The notes beneath the pieces are model-generated. The model ran no database searches, was not told where the DNA came from, and worked only from the letters and a program-made list of their open reading frames with translations. The translations under genes were made by a program, and so were the position numbers. This document shows, piece by piece, positions 57,174 through 64,000 of a stretch of DNA of 64,000 nucleotides; position 1 is the first letter of the stretch, and each line of letters starts with the position of its first letter. The stretch comes from an uncultured Rhodobacteraceae bacterium (GTDB lineage Bacteria > Pseudomonadota > Alphaproteobacteria > Rhodobacterales > Rhodobacteraceae), in the NCBI GenBank assembly GCA_947501025.1, contig CANMUM010000003.1, forward strand, positions 68,683 to 132,682, written 5' to 3'.

Positions 57174-57907
57174 CAGTGATCCTCATGTAAGCAAAGCGCA
57201 TCATCATGACTATGCTGATGCTTATGTGTATAGAGCGCAACGGGCGCGTCCCCACGCCCAAACATCGCCAGAAACTCCGGCGACGTAGACACATCACTCG
57301 GCGTGCCTTGACAGCATATATGGGTATTTAAACAGATCACCCGATCAGAGGCGCGCATCACCACATTCAGATCATGGCTGACCAAAAGAACGGCAATGCC
57401 AAGCTCGATACGCAATTTTTCGACAAGCGCATAAAAGGCGATGATAGCTGGCTGGTCGAGGCCCGCAGTAGGCTCATCTAAAATAAGCAATTGGGGAGCA
57501 GCAGATAATGCATAAGCCAATAACACACGTTTGAGTTCACCGCCTGAAAGATGAGCAATGGGTTTTTTGAGGAGCTTTGAAATTTGCGTCTGCTCAATGG
57601 AAGTTACCCTATCTCCCTTTGCAAAAACGCGCTGCATCTTCAAAAAACGTTCAACGGTCAATGGCATATATGTATCGACATGTAACTTTTGCGGCACATA
57701 GCCTATGCGTAAATTCTCAGCGCTCTTAACCGAACCGCTATTTGCCTTTATAGCCCCTACAAGCAGCTTGACCAAGCTTGACTTTCCCGCACCATTAGGC
57801 CCAACGACAGTTACAATCTCACCTGCTTTGATTTTCAAAGACACGTCATGCAAAACGGGCTTACCATCAAATTCAATTGATATATTTTCAGCAACGATCA
57901 GGCTCAA
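57173..57907 (-). CDS. znuC: Zinc ABC transporter ATP-binding protein
   Basis: It has GPNGAGKSSL, LSGGELKR, ILDEP and a His-rich C-terminal tail (HKHQHSHDD..HEDH). Confidence 0.85.
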   Translation of the reverse strand: MSLIVAENISIEFDGKPVLHDVSLKIKAGEIVTVVGPNGAGKSSLVKLLVGAIKANSGSVKSAENLRIGYVPQKLHVDTYMPLTVERFLKMQRVFAKGDRVTSIEQTQISKLLKKPIAHLSGGELKRVLLAYALSAAPQLLILDEPTAGLDQPAIIAFYALVEKLRIELGIAVLLVSHDLNVVMRASDRVICLNTHICCQGTPSDVSTSPEFLAMFGRGDAPVALYTHKHQHSHDDALCLHEDH

Positions 57908-58359
57908 TTATCTAGCCCACAATTTTCACAAACGCCTTCAGCTTCCATAATTTCGTTCTCAATATCAAAGCCTTGATCGGCCAATGGGGATTTCACAACA
58001 CATGTTTCGCCGACAGCTTTGCAGCATCTACAAATCAAAAAGCCAGGGTTATGCACCTTATCAGGAAAATGACAAGCGACATAGGCATTAAGCCGTTCAA
58101 CTTTATGAGCAAAACCGTTTTCAGTTAAGAAAGCGAGCGCCCGATAAACGGTTGGAGGCTGAACAGCCTCACCTTCGCGCCCCAATTGTGCAAGCAAGTC
58201 ATAAGCCCCAAGCGCAGTATGATTTTTCAAGAGCATCTCCAAAACACGCTTACGCATATCGGTCAAGCGAAGCCCTTGCTTTTGGCAAATATCTTCGACC
58301 TGACGCAATATAGATGCGCGGCAATACTTATGATCATGTTCAGAAAAAGCTAGGGTCAT
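57904..58359 (-). CDS. zur: Fur-family zinc uptake regulator
   Basis: It has a winged HTH and CxxC pairs (CRCC...; CENCG). It heads the znuCB operon behind a Zur-box palindrome. The start is taken at ATG 58359. Confidence 0.85.
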   Translation of the reverse strand: MTLAFSEHDHKYCRASILRQVEDICQKQGLRLTDMRKRVLEMLLKNHTALGAYDLLAQLGREGEAVQPPTVYRALAFLTENGFAHKVERLNAYVACHFPDKVHNPGFLICRCCKAVGETCVVKSPLADQGFDIENEIMEAEGVCENCGLDN

Positions 58360-58368
58360 TTTCTCACT

Positions 58369-58383
58369 TGTTATATTATAACA
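58369..58383. promoter_or_regulatory. Zur box in the divergent zur-znuCB / znuA control region
   Basis: TGTTATA-T-TATAACA is a perfect 15-bp palindrome. It lies 10 nt upstream of the zur ATG and 38 nt upstream of the znuA ATG, and matches the TGTTATAnTATAACA-type alphaproteobacterial Zur operator as I remember it. Confidence 0.7.
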
Positions 58384-58420
58384 TATCATATAGACGGTAC
58401 AAAAAAGAAAGGCAAGTCAA

Positions 58421-59233
58421 ATGAAACAATTTACAATAGCTCTCTCATTTAACCTTATGGCGGGCGCAGCATTTGCTGACCATATCCTCGCTGATACCCC
58501 TCCTATGTTTGCAATTGCATCGGCGCTGATACTTGATTCGACGCAAACAGAAATCGAAATGGCTATTGATGCCAATCAATCCATACATCATTTTGCGTTA
58601 AAACCATCTCAGGCGCGCAAAATCACAGATGCCTCACATCTCGTTACCATTGGTGCTGAGTTGTTTCCTCAAATCAATACCGCTTTTGAGAATCTAAATC
58701 CTGAGGTCGATGTGATTTCGATTGAAAGCCTTCTCAATCATGATCCGCATTTTTGGATGTCTCCAGAAACTGTGATTGCTGCAGCCAAATTAATTGATCA
58801 AAAACTTCCAAATAGCGATCCAAGTGGCGAACGCTTTCAGCAGTTTGAACAAAGAATCACTTCAATTGATGCGCAAATTTCTGAAATAGAGTTTGAACGT
58901 GGCGTCATCGTAGGCCATAACGCATTTGCTGGCTTCATATCTCAATATAACATTCCTTATTTTGGTGCGTTCACTGATTTACACGAATTGCCCGTTTCTC
59001 CAAAAGAACGTCAAGAAATTGAAGCAGCAATCACAAATGGTGATGTAAATTGTTTAATTTTGGATAAGTCAGAACCCTCTCCAGAACTTGAAAAATTTGC
59101 AATGGATTCCGAAATTGATTATGTTTATGTCGATGTTTTGGGTTGGGATTTAACTCAGCCAAATACGGATCAATTCTTCGAAAAATTCTATGACGACCTT
59201 GGGCAGGCTTTTTCAAATTGTGCTCTATCCTAA
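58421..59233 (+). CDS. znuA: Zinc ABC transporter substrate-binding protein (TroA/ZnuA family, no His-rich loop)
   Basis: It has a signal peptide and three conserved metal-ligand contexts: SIHHFALKPSQ, DPHFWMSPE and VGHNAFAGF. Confidence 0.8.
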   Translation: MKQFTIALSFNLMAGAAFADHILADTPPMFAIASALILDSTQTEIEMAIDANQSIHHFALKPSQARKITDASHLVTIGAELFPQINTAFENLNPEVDVISIESLLNHDPHFWMSPETVIAAAKLIDQKLPNSDPSGERFQQFEQRITSIDAQISEIEFERGVIVGHNAFAGFISQYNIPYFGAFTDLHELPVSPKERQEIEAAITNGDVNCLILDKSEPSPELEKFAMDSEIDYVYVDVLGWDLTQPNTDQFFEKFYDDLGQAFSNCALS

Positions 59234-59263
59234 TTAACATCTTAAATTAATCAAAGATTTATC

Positions 59264-59299
59264 GCCCGCTCAACTTTAAGTTGTTCGGGCTTCATTATT
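59264..59299 (+). terminator. Possible terminator after znuA
   Basis: The imperfect hairpin GCCCG-CT-CAACT-TTA-AGTTG-TT-CGGGC is followed by a U-rich TTCATTATT. Confidence 0.35.
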
Positions 59300-59480
59300 C
59301 GGCCTGTTTCTCTCAAATTCATCTTAACTCTAAATTTTCAAAACGCTTTGATTGCAATAATTCCTAAGCTATAGTACATGGCAAGAAAAATAAATAACGA
59401 TACTATAATTCATGATAGAGTTTGGCCCTAACACTATCTCCAACAATCCGCATTTTGCGGAAGCAATATAAGGGTGCTAT

Positions 59481-60923
59481 ATGCAAATTATTCCTGTAGA
59501 CGATTTTGATCTGGTCATTTTTGGTGCAACTGGTGATCTGGCTTCGCGTAAAATATTTCCAGGACTTTTTCGGCGTTGGCTCGCAGGTCAAATGCCATCA
59601 ACATCGCGCATCATAGGTGCTGCCCGCACTGACATTGATAGCGCAGAATTTCGCACATCACTTCGCGAAACCATGGCTAAATTTGCAACAAAAGAGATCG
59701 AAGACACAGAAGCGTTTGAAGCATTTCTCGCCAATATTGATTATATTTCCATTGATGCAACTGGGGATAAAGGCTGGAAGCCGCTTGCGGAACTTTTGCG
59801 TCCGAATGTGATCCGTGCATTTTATCTTTCTGTTGGGCCTTCCATTTTTGGTGCGATTGCTGAAAATCTTGTTCAGCATAAATGCGCCGATCGCAATTCA
59901 CGTATCGTTGTTGAAAAACCTTTTGGTCGCGATCTGGAAAGTGCGCAAATATTGAATGCTGAACTTCGCGCGCATTTCAAAGAAGATCAAATCTACCGCA
60001 TTGATCACTATCTTGGCAAAGAAACCGTTCAAAATCTTATGGCCATTCGTTTTGCCAACGCTCTTTTCGAGCCTTTATGGAACGCACAGCATATCGACCA
60101 TGTTCAGATCACCGTTGCCGAAGATATCGGCGTTGCGGGGCGTGGCGGCTATTATGATAAATCTGGTGCGATGCGCGATATGGTGCAAAATCACTTGATG
60201 CAACTTCTATGCCTTGTCGCCATGGAACCCCCATCACAATTTGAAGCCGATGCCGTCCGCGATGAAAAGCTAAAAGTGATCCGTTCGCTTGCTACCGTTC
60301 CGCGCCGTGATATTGTTCGGGGTCAGTATAGAGCTGGTGCTGGCGAAGAGAGCTATATTACACATTCCGAAAACCCATCATCCAGTACGGAAAGCTATGT
60401 TGCTTTGCGCGTTGAAGTTGAAAATTGGCGTTGGGCTGGCACACCGTTCTACTTGCGGACAGGCAAGCGTCTTCGTGCCCGTGCGACCGAAATCGCTGTA
60501 ATGTTCAAAGAGCCGCCGCACTCCATATTCGGTAAGGAAAATAAACTTCCTGCAAACGCATTGATCATCCACCTTCAACCCGATGAAGGCATCACATTAA
60601 ACATGACAATCAAGGAGCCCGGTCCCGGCGGGATGCGCATGATGGAAGTGCCCCTTGATATGACTTTTGCAGAAGCTCTCGGTGATGCAGCTGATTTCCC
60701 TGATGCTTATGAACGCCTCATCATGGACGTTATTCGCGGCAACCAAACACTCTTTATGCGCGGTGATGAGGTTGAAGCGGCGTGGACATGGGCTGATCAA
60801 ATCATTGAAAAATTTAGCGAAAATGCGCTGAAACCAAGTCAATATGATCCACTCTCATCTGGGCCAGAAGAATCTCTGGCGCTTATGCATCGAGATGGTC
60901 GTCGCTGGAGGGATATCGAATGA
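59481..60923 (+). CDS. zwf: Glucose-6-phosphate 1-dehydrogenase
   Basis: It has VIFGATGDLA, the RIDHYLGKE active-site motif and EKP. Confidence 0.95.
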   Translation: MQIIPVDDFDLVIFGATGDLASRKIFPGLFRRWLAGQMPSTSRIIGAARTDIDSAEFRTSLRETMAKFATKEIEDTEAFEAFLANIDYISIDATGDKGWKPLAELLRPNVIRAFYLSVGPSIFGAIAENLVQHKCADRNSRIVVEKPFGRDLESAQILNAELRAHFKEDQIYRIDHYLGKETVQNLMAIRFANALFEPLWNAQHIDHVQITVAEDIGVAGRGGYYDKSGAMRDMVQNHLMQLLCLVAMEPPSQFEADAVRDEKLKVIRSLATVPRRDIVRGQYRAGAGEESYITHSENPSSSTESYVALRVEVENWRWAGTPFYLRTGKRLRARATEIAVMFKEPPHSIFGKENKLPANALIIHLQPDEGITLNMTIKEPGPGGMRMMEVPLDMTFAEALGDAADFPDAYERLIMDVIRGNQTLFMRGDEVEAAWTWADQIIEKFSENALKPSQYDPLSSGPEESLALMHRDGRRWRDIE

Positions 60924-61603
60924 TACGCAAAAACTATGAGAACCGTCATAAGTTAATGACTGAGCTTGCGCTCCAAGTCGGCAAAGAACTTCAAGCCGCA
61001 ATAAACGCCCGCGGGCGCGCTTCATTTGCTGCACCTGGCGGCTCAACCCCTGCACCATTTCTAAATGCTTTATCTCAAGCCGATATTGATTGGAGCAAGG
61101 TGTCGGTTATGCTGGGTGATGAACGTTTTGTTGCAGAAGATTCCCCGCGTTCAAACACAAAATTATTACGTGAAAACTTGCTCATTAACAAAGCTGCTGA
61201 TGCTCATCTCGTTGCGATGACGCGCGAGGCCGATACACCTGAGGATGTGATTGCAGAATTGATTTCTGGTGTTGATGCGCATTTGCCTCTTGATGTCGTC
61301 GTTGTTGGCATGGGCGAAGATATGCATACTGCATCACTTTTCCCAGATAGCCCCGATCTTAAAAGCGCACTTGCCGATGATGCTCCCACACTTGCGATCA
61401 TTCGCGCCGAAAACGCTGGTGAGCCGCGCATCACTATGACCGCCCGTATATTGCGATCCGCACGACACAAACATGTGCTACTAGCAGGCGAAAATAAAAT
61501 TGCACCGCTTGAAAAGGCAATCTCCTTAACATCCGAAGCTGAGGCGCCAATTCGTGTCGTCATCGCAGGCGAAAACCCTGCCACCATTCATTATGCTGAT
61601 TAG
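60920..61603 (+). CDS. pgl: 6-phosphogluconolactonase
   Basis: It has GGSTP, GDERFV and GMGEDMHTASLFP. It overlaps zwf by 4 nt. Confidence 0.9.
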   Translation: MIRKNYENRHKLMTELALQVGKELQAAINARGRASFAAPGGSTPAPFLNALSQADIDWSKVSVMLGDERFVAEDSPRSNTKLLRENLLINKAADAHLVAMTREADTPEDVIAELISGVDAHLPLDVVVVGMGEDMHTASLFPDSPDLKSALADDAPTLAIIRAENAGEPRITMTARILRSARHKHVLLAGENKIAPLEKAISLTSEAEAPIRVVIAGENPATIHYAD

Positions 61604-61611
61604 GAAAAATC

Positions 61612-63402
61612 ATGACCAATAAACGTCTCACCGAAATCACAAACCGTATTGCTGAACGCTCGCGCCCCACCCGCGATGCATATGAATCTCTCATGAAAGA
61701 TATGCAAACCGAAGGCGTAAAGCGCGCGCATTTGACTTGCGGAAATCTAGCTCACGCCTATGCTGCGATGGGAGAGGATAAAAAAGCACTTCTCACAGAT
61801 AAATCACCAAATATCGGCATCGTGACAGCATATAACGATATGCTATCGGCTCACCACCCCTTCGAAACTTATCCTCAGGCGATTAAGGCCCATGCGCGCG
61901 ATCTTGGCGCAACGGCGCAAGTTGCTGGAGGTGTTCCTGCGATGTGTGATGGTGTGACCCAAGGTCAAGTCGGCATGGAGCTTTCGCTATTTTCACGTGA
62001 TGTGATTGCACAAGGCGCTGCGATTGCCCTCTCACATAATGTGTATGACGCATCGATGTTCTTGGGCGTTTGTGATAAAATTGTACCTGGGCTCATTATC
62101 GCCGCTGCGAGTTTTGGTCATATTCCAACGGTCTTCGTGCCCGCAGGGCCAATGACATCAGGTCTTCCAAATGATGAAAAATCGGCTGTTCGCAAGAAAT
62201 TTGCTGCAGGCGAAGTTGGTCGTGAAGAATTGATGAAAGCCGAAATGGCATCTTACCATTCCGCAGGCACTTGCACATTTTATGGCACAGCCAATACCAA
62301 CCAAATGCTCATGGAATTCATGGGGCTGCATCTTCCCGGTGCAAGCTTTGTCAATCCAGGCACCGATATGCGCGAAGCCCTCACACGTTCGGCGGTTGAC
62401 CACGTTCTCAAAGCCCCTGCAACTTGGGAAATTCTATCGGTAAAAACCATCGTCAACGGTATGGTTGGCTTGATGGCGACAGGTGGCTCGACCAATCTTC
62501 TCCTTCACCTTATCGCAATGGCACGCGCAGCAGGCGTTGTGATCAATTGGGAAGATATGGCTGAAATATCAGAAATCATTCCGCTTATGGCACGCGTATA
62601 TCCAAACGGTCTAGCCGATGTGAACCACTTCCATGCCGCTGGTGGTTTGGGCTTTATGATCGGCTCACTTCTTGATCACGGCCTATTGCATGGCGATACA
62701 AAAACAATCTTTGGGGAATTTGCGAATTACTCAAAAGAACCGCGCCTACAAGGCGATAAAGTTCACTGGGTTGATGGTGCGAAAAAATCTCTCAATGAGA
62801 AAATTCTTAAGCCAGCGAGCGATGCGTTCCAATCATCGGGCGGGCTTTCAAATCTTGCGGGCAATCTAGGCAATGCGGTGATGAAAGTATCAGCCGTTGA
62901 TGAAGATAAGCGTATTGTAATTGCACCTGCACGGGTATTTCATGACCAAGAAGAGGTGAAGACCGCGTTTAATGCAGGTGAATTAACAGGCGATGTTGTG
63001 ATTGTCGTCCGCTTCCAAGGGCCCCGCGCAAATGGTATGCCTGAGCTTCACTCCCTCACACCTGTGCTGACAATTTTGCAAGATCGTGGACATAAAGTTG
63101 CCCTTGTCACTGATGGGCGTATGTCGGGTGCATCTGGTAAAGTTCCAGCGGCGATCCACGTCTCTCCAGAAGCCCTTAATGGCGGGCCAATCGCCTCTGT
63201 TCAAGATGGCGACATGATCAAAGTTGATGCTATCAATGGTATACTTGAAACCGTGGATATGGAAGCGGTTAAGCGTCCAGCTGTTCAAGTTGATCTATCT
63301 AAAAATCGCTCTGGATTTGGTCGTGAGCTTTTTGCAATAAACCGCGCCAATGCTGCCCATGCAGAACTCGGTGCATCTATCTTTTTTCAAAACGAGGAAT
63401 AA
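61612..63402 (+). CDS. edd: Phosphogluconate dehydratase
   Basis: The 596-aa IlvD/Edd-family protein has [15 protein letters not shown] and [10 protein letters not shown]. Confidence 0.95.
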   Translation: MTNKRLTEITNRIAERSRPTRDAYESLMKDMQTEGVKRAHLTCGNLAHAYAAMGEDKKALLTDKSPNIGIVTAYNDMLSAHHPFETYPQAIKAHARDLGATAQVAGGVPAMCDGVTQGQVGMELSLFSRDVIAQGAAIALSHNVYDASMFLGVCDKIVPGLIIAAASFGHIPTVFVPAGPMTSGLPNDEKSAVRKKFAAGEVGREELMKAEMASYHSAGTCTFYGTANTNQMLMEFMGLHLPGASFVNPGTDMREALTRSAVDHVLKAPATWEILSVKTIVNGMVGLMATGGSTNLLLHLIAMARAAGVVINWEDMAEISEIIPLMARVYPNGLADVNHFHAAGGLGFMIGSLLDHGLLHGDTKTIFGEFANYSKEPRLQGDKVHWVDGAKKSLNEKILKPASDAFQSSGGLSNLAGNLGNAVMKVSAVDEDKRIVIAPARVFHDQEEVKTAFNAGELTGDVVIVVRFQGPRANGMPELHSLTPVLTILQDRGHKVALVTDGRMSGASGKVPAAIHVSPEALNGGPIASVQDGDMIKVDAINGILETVDMEAVKRPAVQVDLSKNRSGFGRELFAINRANAAHAELGASIFFQNEE

Positions 63403-63405
63403 ATT

Positions 63406-64000
63406 ATGACCCCACAAGAAAGTTCAAAAGCTGCCTATGAAATATGCGCAATGGCGCCTGTCATTCCTGTTTTGATTGTGGATGATGTTGCGGATGCTGC
63501 ACCACTTGCAAACGCTCTAATCGCAGGCGGTCTTCGGGTGCTTGAAGTGACTTTGCGTACAGATGCAGCTCTTGATGTGATCGCCGAAATGGCAAAAATA
63601 CCCGATGCGATTGTGGGGGCAGGCACATTATTAAACCGCGAACAAGTTATCGCTGCGAAAAACGCGGGTGCGACATTTGGGGTTTCACCAGGATCAACTG
63701 ACGAGGTTCTTGAGGCTGCTTTAGAGGTCGGGTTACCCATGCTTGCGGGCGCCGTGACAGCAACCGAAGTGATGCATCTTTTGGCCAAAGGCTATGACAT
63801 GCTTAAATTCTTTCCGGCCGAACTGGCAGGTGGCGCAAAGATGCTCAAAGCATTCTCAAGCCCGCTCGCTTCCGCGCGCTTCTGTCCAACTGGCGGCGTA
63901 AGCAAAGACAATGCAAACGCATATCTCAGCTTGCCAAATGTTGTTTGCGTGGGTGGCTCTTGGGTCGCCGATACGGCACTTATGAAAGCTGGCAAATGGG
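63406..64000 (+). CDS. eda: KDPG/KHG aldolase, 3' end beyond the window
   Basis: It is absent from the ORF track because no stop lies in the window. My translation from ATG 63406 is MTPQESSKAAYEICAMAPVIPVLIVDDVADAAPLANALIAGGLRVLEVTLRT...GAGTLLN...MLKFFPAE...FCPTGGV. Antisense ORFs 63435..63788 and 63792..63995 are shadows. Confidence 0.9.
   Translation, partial: MTPQESSKAAYEICAMAPVIPVLIVDDVADAAPLANALIAGGLRVLEVTLRTDAALDVIAEMAKIPDAIVGAGTLLNREQVIAAKNAGATFGVSPGSTDEVLEAALEVGLPMLAGAVTATEVMHLLAKGYDMLKFFPAELAGGAKMLKAFSSPLASARFCPTGGVSKDNANAYLSLPNVVCVGGSWVADTALMKAGKW

Noticed and set aside
59403-59591. 62-aa minus-strand ORF overlapping the zwf start
   Set aside because: It overlaps the well-supported zwf N-terminus (VIFGATGDLA) in antisense. 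It has no RBS.
63435-63995. Two minus-strand ORFs (117 and 67 aa) at the right edge
   Set aside because: They are antisense to the eda frame, which gives a clear KDPG aldolase translation from ATG 63406. eda is missing from the track only because it has no stop in the window.
1-64000. CRISPR arrays, transposases/IS elements, integrases, prophage genes, tRNA/rRNA genes, and toxin-antitoxin or defence-system cassettes
   Set aside because: I scanned all intergenic regions and every ORF of at least 60 aa. There are no direct-repeat/spacer arrays, no DDE or tyrosine-recombinase-like products, and no cloverleaf-compatible sequences. The only repeats are the RTX array and the duplicated microprotein unit.

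Overview
The window is a gene-dense chromosomal segment with about 60 CDS, many of them joined by 1-11 nt overlaps. I saw no rRNA, tRNA, CRISPR array, transposase, integrase or phage genes. The synteny looks alphaproteobacterial (inference). Supporting signs are Smr-Tim44-like/FxsA/SecB, hsp20-DUF1150, an HslV with an N-terminal propeptide, an RpiR-type regulator next to iol genes, CTTG-N18-CTTATAT heat-shock promoters, and a TGTTATA-type Zur box.

Gene content from left to right:
- A sugar ABC transporter, an RpiR regulator, and a partial inositol-type catabolic cluster (SDR, class II aldolase, iolB, iolC, and a divergent Gfo/Idh/MocA oxidoreductase).
- A small stress module (DUF2853-like, hsp20, DUF1150, PhzF).
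- sbmA/bacA, then hslV translationally coupled to a minimal rhomboid protease, with no hslU nearby.
- An orphan RTX repeat protein, an NCS2 nucleobase permease, mgtE, smr, a Tim44-like gene, fxsA and secB.
- A compact 9.5-kb purine operon: purM, a purN-purF fusion, purD, purC, purE, a purS-like/purL fusion, and purQ.
- An ABCB-type exporter, then dnaJ and dnaK.
- Two tandem paralogous microprotein genes.
- A TPP riboswitch followed by thiBPQ.
- lepB-kdsA-kdsB-hslO, a radical SAM gene, rluE, pyruvate carboxylase, smc, trmB, a P-loop kinase, and lnt-corC-ybeY-phoH.
- zur-znuCB divergent from znuA, sharing a Zur box.
- The Entner-Doudoroff operon zwf-pgl-edd-eda, with eda truncated by the window end.

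Most of this is ordinary housekeeping. The items that deserve a second look are:
- The in-frame PurN-PurF fusion, which buries the obligate N-terminal catalytic Cys of PurF.
- The PurS-like domain fused to PurL.
- The duplicated secreted or anchored microproteins with a GG/GW-TM-polyAsp C-terminus.
- The hslV-rhomboid pairing.

All calls rest on reading translated motifs and DNA by eye. No database search was run.
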